A stretch of DNA of 64,000 bases from an uncultured Verrucomicrobiales bacterium (GCA_964435495.1 CAYSZK010000003.1:2870-66869), one strand, 5' to 3'. Counted from the first letter of the stretch, positions 17,864 to 27,164 are shown. Numbers and translations: made by a program. Notes: generated by a model not told the origin, from the sequence alone.

Positions 17864-19165
17864 ATGAACGTGGCTGTGGAAGAGATTAACCCGTGCCGTC
17901 GGCGGCTGCGGATCGAGGTGCCGCCCAACGAGGTGAACGAGGAGATCGAGCGGATCACGGGGGAATTCCAGAAGTGGGCGAAGATTCCGGGATTTCGTCC
18001 GGGCAAGGCGCCGAAGGCGGTGATCGCGAAACGGTTCGAGAAAGAGATCGACGAGGAGGTCCGGCGGTCGGTGGCGCCCAAGGCCTACCGGAAGGCGGTG
18101 GCGGACAAGAAACTGCGGGTGGTGAGCGCGCCGCAGATTGAGGAGATGAAGTTTGAGCGGGGGTTGTCGCTGAGTTTTTCGACGGTGGTGGATTTGGCGC
18201 CGGACATCCGCCTGCCGCAGTACAAGGGGATTCCGCTCAAGGCGGTGGTGGAGGGGGCGGCGGACGAGGAGGTGGACAAGACCATGGAGGCGGTGCGGGA
18301 GCAGCACGCGGAGTTCGAGGACGTGGCGGGGCGGGCGGTGGAGGCGGGGGATTTCGCGGTGGTGTCGTTTACGGCGGCGTGCGAGGGCAGGCCGCTGCTG
18401 GAGGTGGCGCCCGCGGCGAAGGCGCTGGCGGCGCGGGAGAACCTGTGGGTGCATGTGGAGGCGGACGCGTTTTTGCCTGGGTTCGGGGCGCAGATCACGG
18501 GACTGGGGATTGGGGACCGGAAGGATGTCCAGGTGGAATTTCCGGCGGACTTTCCGCACGCGGAATTGCGGGGGAAGAACGCGGTCTTTTTCACGGAGAT
18601 CAAGGGGTTGAAGCGGAAGGTGTTGCCGGCGCTGGACGACGCGCTGGCGCGGAAGGCGGCGGGGAAGGATTTGGAGGCGTTGCGGGCGGAGATTCGGGAG
18701 CGGATCGCGGAGGAGAAGGCGGCGGAGGCGGAGGTCCAGCGGCGCAACGAAGTGGTGGACTACCTGTTGGGCCGGGTGGATTTCGATTTGCCCGAGTCGG
18801 TGGTGCAGGCGCAGACGCGGAGCGTGATCCGGCGGATTGTGGAGGAGAACTCGGTGCGGGGCGTGCCGGCGGAGACCCTGCAATCCAAGAAGGACGAGAT
18901 TTATCAGATGGCGGCGAAGAGCGCGCGGGACCGGGTGAAGGCGTCGTTCCTGGTAACGCGGATCGCGGAGGCGGAAAAGATCGAGGTGACGCAGGAGGAA
19001 ATGAACCGGCGGCTGCAACAATTGGCGGTCCGGTACGGGATGACGGCGCGGAAGCTGGCGGAGGAACTGGAGAAACACGACGGGCTGGGGCAGATTGAGG
19101 AAGAACTGCTGATTGGAAAGACGCTTGATTTTCTCGTGGCGGAGGCAAAGGTGGGGGGCGAATGA
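17864..19165 (+). CDS. tig: Trigger factor
   Basis: Ribosome-binding N-terminal domain (GFRPGKAPK), an FKBP-like middle domain and a C-terminal arm. It sits upstream of clpP in the classic order. Confidence 0.9.
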   Translation: MNVAVEEINPCRRRLRIEVPPNEVNEEIERITGEFQKWAKIPGFRPGKAPKAVIAKRFEKEIDEEVRRSVAPKAYRKAVADKKLRVVSAPQIEEMKFERGLSLSFSTVVDLAPDIRLPQYKGIPLKAVVEGAADEEVDKTMEAVREQHAEFEDVAGRAVEAGDFAVVSFTAACEGRPLLEVAPAAKALAARENLWVHVEADAFLPGFGAQITGLGIGDRKDVQVEFPADFPHAELRGKNAVFFTEIKGLKRKVLPALDDALARKAAGKDLEALRAEIRERIAEEKAAEAEVQRRNEVVDYLLGRVDFDLPESVVQAQTRSVIRRIVEENSVRGVPAETLQSKKDEIYQMAAKSARDRVKASFLVTRIAEAEKIEVTQEEMNRRLQQLAVRYGMTARKLAEELEKHDGLGQIEEELLIGKTLDFLVAEAKVGGE

Positions 19166-19773
19166 GCGAGACATCCAATTTTCTGGTGCCGATGGTGGTG
19201 GAGCAGACCGGGCGCGGCGAGCGCGGGTACGACATCTACTCGCGGCTGTTGAAGGACCGGATCGTGTTCATCGGGTCGGCGATTGACGACACGGTGGCGA
19301 ACCTGGTGATCGCGCAGCTGCTGTTTTTGCAAATGGACGATCCGAAGAAGGACATCAGCCTCTATTTGCAGAGTCCCGGGGGGTATGTGACGGCCGGGCT
19401 GGCGATTTACGACACCATGCAATTTTTGACGTGCGACGTGGCGACCTACTGCATTGGGCAGGCGGCGAGCATGGGGGCGGTGCTGCTGGCGGCGGGGTCG
19501 AAAGGGAAGCGGTTTGCCCTGCCGAACGCGCGGATCATGATCCACCAGCCGTTGGGCGGGGCCCAGGGACAGGCGACGGACGTGGCGATCCAGGCCAAGG
19601 AAATCCTGAAGACCAAGCAGCGGCTCAACGAAATTCTGGCCGAGCACACCGGCCGGCCCATCACGCAACTGGAGAAGGATACCGACCGCGACTTTTTCAT
19701 GAGCGCGGAGGAGGCGAAGGAGTACGGGCTGGTGGATGAGGTGGTGAAGTCGCGGCGCGAAGTGAAGGCGTGA
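19162..19773 (+). CDS. clpP: ATP-dependent Clp protease proteolytic subunit
   Basis: The catalytic Ser context [14 protein letters not shown] and the IMIHQP motif are present. The ATGA overlaps the tig stop. Confidence 0.9.
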   Translation: MSETSNFLVPMVVEQTGRGERGYDIYSRLLKDRIVFIGSAIDDTVANLVIAQLLFLQMDDPKKDISLYLQSPGGYVTAGLAIYDTMQFLTCDVATYCIGQAASMGAVLLAAGSKGKRFALPNARIMIHQPLGGAQGQATDVAIQAKEILKTKQRLNEILAEHTGRPITQLEKDTDRDFFMSAEEAKEYGLVDEVVKSRREVKA

Positions 19774-19849
19774 CGGCCGAAACCAGCGTGGACACGCAAG
19801 TGCCAGAAGGCGTTGGCGGGCGGGGGCGGAACAGGCGGCGCACCATGGT

Positions 19850-20806
19850 TCATTCCCACTCGGAAATGGACTCGTACATGCCGCTGATGCTGCCGGCAAT
19901 CCGCAGCACCTGGACCACCGCGACGGCGATGGCGGCGAAATAAACCAGCCTCGGCGCCCAGACCTTGACCGCCTCCAGCGCGGAGTCGCGGGCCGTTCGC
20001 GCCGCGGCCTCAAGGGCCGTGAACGTTTCGTCGAACCGCCCGGCTTCGATGCCCACGGCGAGGATGGCGCGCATCTCGGGGTCGCGCCGGAGCACGGGGC
20101 GCAGCGCTTCGAGCAGCGAACCGGTGTCGGCGACGCGGGCCTTGATCGACGGTCCCAGGGCGGTCCAGGCCGGATTGCCGGAGGCGTCCAGAGCCGGTTC
20201 GAGGGCGTCGAGGATCGGGATGCCGGCGGCCACCTGGACGCGGAGCGCGAGCAGAAGCCGCTGGAGCTGTGTCTGGCGTATCAGCCGCCCGAAGACGGGA
20301 AGGCTTTCGATCAGCGGGCGGAACGGGGCCGTCGAAAGCAAATAAAGAATTGACGCCGCGAGGAGAACCATGCCGAAGGCGCCTGAAAGGGCGCGGAGAA
20401 AGGCGGGCGCGCCGCCCTGGCCCACGGCGGGGACGGCGCTTGCGATGGCGGCGACGAAGATGATGATCGCGGGGTAGATCATGCCGGACACGATCTTGCG
20501 CCGGGCATCGTCGATTCCCGCCCAGTAGGCGGAGAGGTCGGCGAAAACATCGGGCAATTTGCCGCTGCGTTCGCCGGCCTGGACAACGCAGGACTCCATC
20601 GGGGTGAAGCCGGGCGTCCGGCCAAGGGCGGGGCCGAGGGGCGCGCCGGACTCAAGGGTCTCCCGCCACGCGCGAAGGGAGGATTGGAGAGAGGCGGCGG
20701 GCGGATTGTCGGCAACGACCCGGAGGGCGCGGCGCAGATCGACGCCGGAGCGGCTCAGCATGGCCAGTTGGTGGTACATGGCGGACTTGTGGCGTGCGGC
20801 GGGCAT
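19850..20806 (-). CDS. Type II secretion / type IV pilus platform protein F-family (GspF/PilC-like)
   Basis: T2SSF-domain-like helices and a polytopic membrane segment (GMIYPAIIIFVAAIASAV). At 318 aa it is shorter than canonical GspF. Confidence 0.55.
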   Translation of the reverse strand: MPAARHKSAMYHQLAMLSRSGVDLRRALRVVADNPPAASLQSSLRAWRETLESGAPLGPALGRTPGFTPMESCVVQAGERSGKLPDVFADLSAYWAGIDDARRKIVSGMIYPAIIIFVAAIASAVPAVGQGGAPAFLRALSGAFGMVLLAASILYLLSTAPFRPLIESLPVFGRLIRQTQLQRLLLALRVQVAAGIPILDALEPALDASGNPAWTALGPSIKARVADTGSLLEALRPVLRRDPEMRAILAVGIEAGRFDETFTALEAAARTARDSALEAVKVWAPRLVYFAAIAVAVVQVLRIAGSISGMYESISEWE

Positions 20807-20864
20807 GGATTGCGGTCAGGATGCTACGCGAAGGACGGGGCGGCGGCAAGGCGGCAAAGTCTTG

Positions 20865-21647
20865 CTACGGGTTGCACCGGTCGGCGGCGAAGAGCGCGGC
20901 CCCGAGCGCGCCGGTCATGTGGGGATCGGGCGCGACGGCCACAGGTTGGCCCAAGGCGCGCTCCATGGCCCCGGCCATGCCCGGGACGCGGGCGACGCCT
21001 CCGGTAAAGACGATGGGCGGCGTAAGATCGCGCCCGGCGAGGGCGGCGAGGCGGGCGGCCAGGGCGGCGAGCACGCCGGCGGCGATCTCCTCGCGCGGCA
21101 CGCGGGAGGCGAGGAGACCGATGATTTCGCTTTCGGCGAAGACGACGCACATGCTGCTGATGGCGGCGGGCTTGAGGCCGCGCGAAGCCACTTCGCCGAG
21201 GTTGGCCAGCGGGACGCCGAGGCGTTCGGCGACCAGCTCAAGAAACCGGCCGGTGCCGGCGGCGCAGCGGTCGTTCATTCGGAAGTCCAGCACCGCGCCG
21301 CCGGGCTTGAGGCGCGTGACCTTGCTGTCTTGGCCGCCGACTTCGATCACGGTGCGCGAGCCGGGTTGGAGATGGGCGGCGCCGCGGGCGTGGCAGGTGA
21401 TTTCCGTGACAGCGCCGTGGGCCGCGCCGATGATGTGGCGGGCGTACCCGGTGGCAATGGCGCACCGGACGGCGCCGCGGCCCCCAGGGATTTCCGCGAG
21501 GACAGCCTCGTAAAGGGCGGCGGCTCGTTGCTCCTGGTCGGGACCCTGCTCGGCGGCGCCGGAAGCCACGACGCGGCGGGACTGGGAGTCGAGGATGACG
21601 ATTTTGATGGCGCGGCTGCCCGCGTCGATGCCGGCGGCGAGGGTCAT
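20865..21647 (-). CDS. BadF/BadG/BcrA/BcrD-type ATPase (HgdC-like activase of 2-hydroxyacyl-CoA dehydratase / benzoyl-CoA reductase family)
   Basis: Acetate/sugar-kinase fold start MTLAAGIDAGSRAIKIV, then the conserved VEVGGQDSK and TGGVARVPGM. I confirmed the ATG at 21647, which overlaps the upstream gene's stop by 4 bp. Confidence 0.8.
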   Translation of the reverse strand: MTLAAGIDAGSRAIKIVILDSQSRRVVASGAAEQGPDQEQRAAALYEAVLAEIPGGRGAVRCAIATGYARHIIGAAHGAVTEITCHARGAAHLQPGSRTVIEVGGQDSKVTRLKPGGAVLDFRMNDRCAAGTGRFLELVAERLGVPLANLGEVASRGLKPAAISSMCVVFAESEIIGLLASRVPREEIAAGVLAALAARLAALAGRDLTPPIVFTGGVARVPGMAGAMERALGQPVAVAPDPHMTGALGAALFAADRCNP

Positions 21648-23053
21648 GGCGCGGGGGTGGCGCTCCGAGGCCGGGCTTCGCGGGCGGTTTCGACGAGGGC
21701 TTCGAGGCGGGTGCGCAGGGCGGCTTCGGCGGCATCGTCCAGGGACGGCACCTCGATTTCGAGCACGGGAATGGCGTGCCGGGCGGTGATGGCCTGTTGG
21801 AGGAGGATGGACTCGGCGGCGCAATGGCTGGCGCCGGGGATTCTGGAGATGACGGCGGCTTCGGCGCCGAACCGCGTGATGTCGCGGCAGATTCTGTCGC
21901 CGCGCCCGGCGCAAGGCCCGGCCATGGGATCGGCGAGGGCGGACCGGGCGAGGGCGGTGAGCGGATCGGAATCCTCGGGGATGGGGTCGAGGGCGTGGCA
22001 GAAAAGGAATTCGGAGCCGCAGAGGCGGCCGCCGCACTCTTCGAGGAGGTTCATGGCCTTGAGATCGGCGGCGGGATTGATCCAAAAGACCCGCACGGCA
22101 TCGGCGGGGAGGACGCCGGCGCGGGCGGCAACGCGGTGGCGCACTTCGGCGGCGACGGTTTCGAGGACGGCGAGGCATTCGGCCGGGTCGGAACAAAAAT
22201 GGATGGCGAGCATTTCGCAGATGAGCATTTCGAGCGCCGGAAAGGGGCAGGCCGGGGCGGTGTACACAAGCGAGCGCAATTCGTCGAGCAGGGCGCGGAC
22301 GTGGTTGGCGCCGGCGATGCCGGCTTGGAGCGTGGCGTCGGCGAGGGGCCGTCCGGTCAGGCCTTCGATGAGCTTCCGGACGCCGTCCAGCTCGGCGCGG
22401 ACGAGGCGGAGCTGGGAGGCGGGGGCGGTGAAACCGCCGGGGAGGGGAACGGCCTCTTCGTCGGGACCCGGCTGGCGGCGGTGGGGGATTTCCCACCAGT
22501 GGACGGGATGGCCGAGGCCTTCGAGGAGCTGGGAGATGGCGGTGAGATCGTCGCAGCAGGCGCCGACGCTGCAGACGACGCGGTCGGGGATGGGGAAATG
22601 GGCGCCGGTGACAAAGGCGCCGAGCAGGGCGCGCACGGGGCAGAGGCCGGGACCGGCGCCGAGGGCTTCGGCCTGGTCGAGAAGGCCGGCGCTGGATTCC
22701 AGGAGGCATGGCAGCCACCATGCGCCGTCGAGGTAAAACGCGGTGACGCCGGGGTCCGAATAGGCGATGACGGGGACCGTGCCAAGGTCCTTCATGACGC
22801 CGACGAGCTTCTTTCCTTCTTCCCGTGCTTCGCGCAGGCGGTCATTCTCGGTGAGTAGAAAATTCCAGAGGCGCAGGGCGGCGGCGGAGGTGTCGAAGAA
22901 GAGGGCGGCGAGGCGCCGGTTGGCGCCTTCGTCGAGATGGCGTTGGAGGGGGCCGCCGTACCCGGGTTCGCGCAGGCCGTCGGCGCAAAGCTGGGCGTGG
23001 CGGGCGCCCCATTCTTCCAGGCGGATGCGGCGGGGTCCGAGGGCGGCGTTCAT
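21644..23053 (-). CDS. 2-hydroxyacyl-CoA dehydratase family protein (HgdB/BcrB-like, 469 aa)
   Basis: Cys-rich segments (CSVGACCDDL, CAGRGDRICRD). Similar in length and composition to HgdAB/BcrBC subunits. I confirmed the ATG at 23053, overlapping the upstream stop. Confidence 0.65.
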   Translation of the reverse strand: MNAALGPRRIRLEEWGARHAQLCADGLREPGYGGPLQRHLDEGANRRLAALFFDTSAAALRLWNFLLTENDRLREAREEGKKLVGVMKDLGTVPVIAYSDPGVTAFYLDGAWWLPCLLESSAGLLDQAEALGAGPGLCPVRALLGAFVTGAHFPIPDRVVCSVGACCDDLTAISQLLEGLGHPVHWWEIPHRRQPGPDEEAVPLPGGFTAPASQLRLVRAELDGVRKLIEGLTGRPLADATLQAGIAGANHVRALLDELRSLVYTAPACPFPALEMLICEMLAIHFCSDPAECLAVLETVAAEVRHRVAARAGVLPADAVRVFWINPAADLKAMNLLEECGGRLCGSEFLFCHALDPIPEDSDPLTALARSALADPMAGPCAGRGDRICRDITRFGAEAAVISRIPGASHCAAESILLQQAITARHAIPVLEIEVPSLDDAAEAALRTRLEALVETAREARPRSATPAP

Positions 23054-24156
23054 GGGCGGGCGGCGGCTTGGGCGGCGAGGGTTTCGATAAAGGCTTCGAC
23101 GCGGGTGCGGGTGCGTCCGGCGGCGGCGGGCCCGGTGAGCGGCCCGGCGGCGGAGTCGAGGGGAAGGACAGGGACCGCGGCGAGCTGCTGGATGCGGCGG
23201 AGTTCGGTTTGCCAGAGATCGCACCAGAGATGGTGGCGGACGATGAGGCCGTCGAGCTCGCGTTCGCGGATGGCGGCGATGAGCCATTGATAGAGGCGGT
23301 CGTTGGGGCGTAGGGCGATGTCGGGGATGGCGTCGAAATAGGCGGCGGTGAGCGTTTCGAGGGGGTCGCCGAGGGCGGCGCCGAAGTTGAGGGGTTCGGG
23401 CAGGGTGCGTTCGCCGTGTTCGGTCCCGTCGAGCATGACGCGGGCGCCGGCGGCTTCGATCCAATCGAACAACTCCATGTCGCGGAGAAAGAGCGGCCCG
23501 CCGATCAAGCCGATCCGCGGTTCGGCGCGTGTGGCCGGGGGATGATCGTGGCGCGGGGCCTCGGGGATATCCTGGTGCAAGCGCCTCAGGAAATAGTCCA
23601 CGACGCCGGAGCTGAACCAGCCGGTGCGCCACTCGGCGAGGGTACGGGCGGAGACGGGGAGATTTCCGTCGCGGTGGAGATCCCCGAGCCGGCGCAGGGA
23701 TTTGCGGGCTTCGTCGAACCGGAAAAAGGTTTCGACTATGGCTTGTGGCGAAGGGGCGGTGCCGCCGAGGGCGGTGAGGAACCGGCCAAGGCGCTCGAGC
23801 TCGAGGGTGTAATATTCGCGGGCGGCCGGGCTTTTGCAGGCCTTGGGAACGTGGAACAGGAAGACCGGCGGCGAGTCGCCGCGGGTGGCGGCGAGCTCGG
23901 CGGCTCGGCGTTGCTGGTCGCAGGAGGTGGCCATGACGATGGCCGCGTGGGTGGCGCCCGCGGTTTCGTCGAGGAAGGCTTCGGCGTAGGGGCAGAAACC
24001 GGCCGCGCAGCCGCCGCAATCGCTGTCGGAACCGGCGGGCATCAGGCGGACAGGCCGGAACCCGTGGGCGGCGATCCATTCCGGGGGAATGAAAAAGGAG
24101 GTGACAACGACTTTCCTTCCCGGAAACCGCGCGCTCCACCGGCCCAGGGGGTTCAT
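23050..24156 (-). CDS. 2-hydroxyacyl-CoA dehydratase family protein (HgdA/BcrC-like, 368 aa)
   Basis: Cys cluster GSDSDCGGCAAGFCPY plus MATSCDQ. I confirmed the ATG at 24156. The upstream gene's stop (24158..24160) overlaps this ATG. Confidence 0.65.
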   Translation of the reverse strand: MNPLGRWSARFPGRKVVVTSFFIPPEWIAAHGFRPVRLMPAGSDSDCGGCAAGFCPYAEAFLDETAGATHAAIVMATSCDQQRRAAELAATRGDSPPVFLFHVPKACKSPAAREYYTLELERLGRFLTALGGTAPSPQAIVETFFRFDEARKSLRRLGDLHRDGNLPVSARTLAEWRTGWFSSGVVDYFLRRLHQDIPEAPRHDHPPATRAEPRIGLIGGPLFLRDMELFDWIEAAGARVMLDGTEHGERTLPEPLNFGAALGDPLETLTAAYFDAIPDIALRPNDRLYQWLIAAIRERELDGLIVRHHLWCDLWQTELRRIQQLAAVPVLPLDSAAGPLTGPAAAGRTRTRVEAFIETLAAQAAARP

Positions 24157-24157
24157 G

Positions 24158-25015
24158 TCAGGCGGGCTCCTTCGCGGGGGCGGGTGGCGGCCCCATGCGC
24201 CAGGCTGGCTGGATTTCGCAGGCGCCGCAATGGACGCATTCCATGCAGCGGATGCAGCGGGGATCGTCGGCCCGGACCTTGGAACTGACGCCGAAATCGC
24301 AGGTGTCGCCGCAGCGGCCGCAGTCGCGGCAGCGTTCGGGGAAAAAGCGCACCGAAAAGAGCGAGAAGCGGTTGAACAGGCCGAAGATGGCGCCGAGCGG
24401 GCAAAGGAGGACGCACCACGGGCGGCGGATGAAGAACATCGCGCCGAGCACCGCGCCCAGGACGGAGAGTTTGATGGCATTGGGCCAGACAACCGGCGCG
24501 CCCGCGAACGCCTGGCTGGCGGCGTGGGGGAGGGAGGCTTCAAGCGCGCCAGCCGGACAGACGCGGCAGAAGAAGAGCGGGTGTGCTTCGCCCCAGAACC
24601 AGGGGACGGCGACGACAAGACCGGCGAGCACGGCGTACCGGAGATGCGTCATCCAGTATGGCGGGTCCCATTTGGGCGTGGGAACCTTGGCGGCAAGGTC
24701 CTGGAGCAAGCCAAAGGGGCAGGCCCACCCGCACAAGGCGGTGCCGGCAAGCGCGCCAGCCAGGACAAGCGTGCCCAGCGCGAGGAACGGCATCAGATGC
24801 AGCGCGCTGAACTGGGCGAGCACGCCGATGGGACAGGCGAACGTGGCCAGCGGACACGCATAGCAATGGAACACAGGCGCGCACACCGAGTGCGTGCGCA
24901 GGCCCGCGGGACTGAGCCATGCCACGAGGAACAACGATTGCACCCAGAGCCTGTGGCGCGAGAGTTTCGAGGCGGGCGTGTTGAAGGAAAGTTGAGCCAT
25001 GGACGCCATGACCAA
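24158..25015 (-). CDS. Membrane-bound 4Fe-4S polyferredoxin (NapH/MauN-like)
   Basis: Four or more TM helices with two ferredoxin-type clusters (CxxCxxCxxxC-like: CRDCGRCGDTC and CIRCMECVHCGAC), plus the CPLATFACP and CGWACPFG motifs typical of the NapH family. Confidence 0.7.
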   Translation of the reverse strand: MVMASMAQLSFNTPASKLSRHRLWVQSLFLVAWLSPAGLRTHSVCAPVFHCYACPLATFACPIGVLAQFSALHLMPFLALGTLVLAGALAGTALCGWACPFGLLQDLAAKVPTPKWDPPYWMTHLRYAVLAGLVVAVPWFWGEAHPLFFCRVCPAGALEASLPHAASQAFAGAPVVWPNAIKLSVLGAVLGAMFFIRRPWCVLLCPLGAIFGLFNRFSLFSVRFFPERCRDCGRCGDTCDFGVSSKVRADDPRCIRCMECVHCGACEIQPAWRMGPPPAPAKEPA

Positions 25016-25028
25016 ATGGTCACTGTAT

Positions 25029-25409
25029 TCAGGTGGGACACCGGGCTTGCGGCGTCCCGGTGTAGGTCAGCCGCAGGACGCCCTCGGGCGTGCGAGCCAG
25101 GCCGGAGCGCGCCACTTCGAGAACAAGCTCGGGCTCGGCCTTGAGGGTGGACACGGTCCTGCGGACGACGATCTCGCTTGGCGCCTCTTGGCTGCCCATC
25201 AAGCCGGGCATTCCGGGCTCGCCGGGTTCGAGGCCGGGCCCGGCGCCGGGCGGAGGGGGCGGGGGCGTTTCCCGGGTTTCGCGCTCGAAGGTGACAGTCT
25301 GGTGATGGCCCATCGCGCCAAACACAAGCATGAACGCGCCGGCGGACACGAGCAGCGACGCGGCGAACGTGCGGCGGACCGGGTGGGAGGCCGGCGCGGA
25401 CGGGTTCAT
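25029..25409 (-). CDS. Hypothetical small membrane-anchored protein
   Basis: Start MNPSAP. One TM helix (FAASLLVSAGAFMLVFGAM), a poly-Pro linker and a C-terminal beta-rich domain. It lies immediately downstream of tRNA-Sec. I recognised no family. Confidence 0.35.
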   Translation of the reverse strand: MNPSAPASHPVRRTFAASLLVSAGAFMLVFGAMGHHQTVTFERETRETPPPPPPGAGPGLEPGEPGMPGLMGSQEAPSEIVVRRTVSTLKAEPELVLEVARSGLARTPEGVLRLTYTGTPQARCPT

Positions 25410-25430
25410 GGCGCGGCGCCCCGCGAAGAA

Positions 25431-25526
25431 TGGCGGAGGCGAATGGGAGTCGAACCCACCCGGGACCTTTCCAGGCCCCACACTGGTTTTGAAGACCAGG
25501 AGCGCCACCGGACGCCTGTCACCTCC
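25431..25526 (-). tRNA. selC: tRNA-Sec (selenocysteine tRNA, anticodon TCA)
   Basis: Reverse complement reads GGAGGTGACAGGCGTCCGGTGGCGCTCCTGGTCTTCAAAACCAGTGTGGGGCCTGGAAAGGTCCCGGGTGGGTTCGACTCCCATTCGCCTCCGCCA. It has an 8-bp acceptor stem, anticodon loop CTTCAAA (UCA), a long variable arm, a GGTTCGACTCC T-loop and an encoded CCA, and is 96 nt long. Confidence 0.8.
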
Positions 25527-25541
25527 AAAAATCGCATGCGG

Positions 25542-27158
25542 TCAATCTCCTGTTTGCCGTCCGTCCATTTGCGCCTGGACCGCTTTGTAAAACATCATGA
25601 CCGGCGATCCCCCAAAAGCAATCGCGCTCCACGCCGCGTCGTCGATTTCGTCCTGGCTGAATCCCATTGCGCGGGCCTTTTGGATGTGCTGGACGGCGCA
25701 GGGTTCGCACTTGGACAGAACCGACAAGGCCACGGCAATGGCCTGCTTGGCCGGTGCGTCAAGCCCCTTGGGCCTGCCCGCCGATTGCAGAAACGCCATG
25801 AACCGTTTCTCGGTGTCCTGGATGGCGCTCCCGGAAACGCCCGGCGCCCGCGCGGCGTCCGGCGGCGCGGCATCGGTTTCCGCGCAGCAGGCGGTTTCGG
25901 CGCCGGTGGCGCCGGTGGCGGGTGGGGCAGGCGGGGGGGCGGCGCGCGGCATGACACGTTCCTGGCGGGTTGTTAGAGTCACCATGCCCGTGCCCTTTCC
26001 GGTGGCACGTCCGATGACCGCGGCGGCGGGCACGCCGCGGGCGTGAAGGGCGGTGACGAGGGCGGGGGCGCGGTCGTGAGGGATGGCGATGAGGAGGCCG
26101 CCGGAGGTTTGGGGATCGAAGCAAACGTCGAGCGCGACGGGGTCAAGGCCTTCCGCGGAGCGGACCTGGCCGCCGGCGGCGGCGCGGTTGCGTTCGGTGG
26201 CGCCGGGGATGACGCCTTCGGCGGCGCGGGCCAGGGCGCCGGGGAGCAGGGGGATGTCGTCCCAGACCAACTCGGCATCGACGCCGCTGTCGCGGGCCAT
26301 TTCGGCAAGGTGCCCGAGGAGGCTGAAGCCGGTGACGTCGGTGCAACCGTTGGCGCCGTGGGCGAGCATGAGTTCGGCGGCGGTGTTGTTGAGGGCGGCC
26401 ATCGAGGCGGCGGCGGCCGCGATCTCGTCGGGACCGGCGCGGCCAATCTGTGCGGCAAAGGCGAGGATTCCCGTGCCGAGGGGTTTGGTGAGGACCAGCG
26501 CGTCGCCGGGCCGGGCGCCGGCGCGGGCGGTCACGCGGTCCGCGTCGATCTCCCCGGTGACGGCAAAGCCGGCTTTGATCTCGCTGTCCTGGATGCTGTG
26601 GCCGCCGATGACCGAGACGCCGGCCTCGGCCATCTTGTCGAGGCCGCCGCGGAGGATGTCGCGCATGACGCTGGTGGGGACGGCGCCGGCGGGGAAGCCG
26701 ATGATGGACAGGGCGGTCAAGGGGCGGCCACCCATGGCATAGACGTCGCTGACGGAGTTGGCGGCGGCGATCTGGCCGAAGGTGTAGGGATCATCGACCG
26801 AAGGACTGAAGACATCGACCGTCTGGACCAGGCACCGGGCGCCGTCGAACCGGTAAACCCCGGCGTCGTCCCCGGCGGCAACGCCGAGGAGCACGCGCGG
26901 GTCGTCGGGCGCGGGAAGGCCCTGGACGGCCTCTTTGAGGGTGGCCAGGTCGATCTTGGAGGCGCAGCCGGCCTTTTGGACAAGCCGCGTGAGGCAGACG
27001 GGACCAGGCGCGGGTTCGAGGTGTTCGCCGGCGCAATGGCAGACGTCCTTTTCCTTGAGAAGCTCGCACGGGCAGGCGAGGCGCGGGTCGCACACGCAAT
27101 GGCCCAGCGCGATGGAGCGGCGCATGACGCGCTGGCGTTTTTCGAGGTCCCTGGCCAT
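25542..27158 (-). CDS. selD: Selenide, water dikinase (selenophosphate synthetase), Cys form, with an N-terminal Cys-rich extension and a C-terminal AhpD/carboxymuconolactone-decarboxylase-like domain
   Basis: SelD core with LTRLVQKAGCASKI (E. coli: LTQYSHGAGCGCKI) and a PurM-like fold. The N-terminal roughly 50 aa carry three CxC pairs (CVC, CPC, CHC). The C-terminal roughly 110 aa carry an AhpD-like CxxC (SKCEPCAVQH). Confidence 0.8.
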   Translation of the reverse strand: MARDLEKRQRVMRRSIALGHCVCDPRLACPCELLKEKDVCHCAGEHLEPAPGPVCLTRLVQKAGCASKIDLATLKEAVQGLPAPDDPRVLLGVAAGDDAGVYRFDGARCLVQTVDVFSPSVDDPYTFGQIAAANSVSDVYAMGGRPLTALSIIGFPAGAVPTSVMRDILRGGLDKMAEAGVSVIGGHSIQDSEIKAGFAVTGEIDADRVTARAGARPGDALVLTKPLGTGILAFAAQIGRAGPDEIAAAAASMAALNNTAAELMLAHGANGCTDVTGFSLLGHLAEMARDSGVDAELVWDDIPLLPGALARAAEGVIPGATERNRAAAGGQVRSAEGLDPVALDVCFDPQTSGGLLIAIPHDRAPALVTALHARGVPAAAVIGRATGKGTGMVTLTTRQERVMPRAAPPPAPPATGATGAETACCAETDAAPPDAARAPGVSGSAIQDTEKRFMAFLQSAGRPKGLDAPAKQAIAVALSVLSKCEPCAVQHIQKARAMGFSQDEIDDAAWSAIAFGGSPVMMFYKAVQAQMDGRQTGD

Positions 27159-27164
27159 GGCGGG

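Noticed and set aside
14744-19174. 1476-aa minus-strand ORF
   Set aside because: Only the last 357 codons (14744-15817) encode the LacI regulator. The rest runs antisense through gltA and tig with R/P/H/L-rich nonsense and no domains.
20559-22736. 725-aa plus-strand ORF, as well as 21644..24139, 26043..28040, 31143..33971 and the N-terminal 400 aa of 33802..36630
   Set aside because: All are antisense or out-of-frame relative to well-supported genes (hgd-like operon, selD, selA/selB, SSS transporter). They have low-complexity Arg/Pro/Gly-rich translations. High GC suppresses stop codons.
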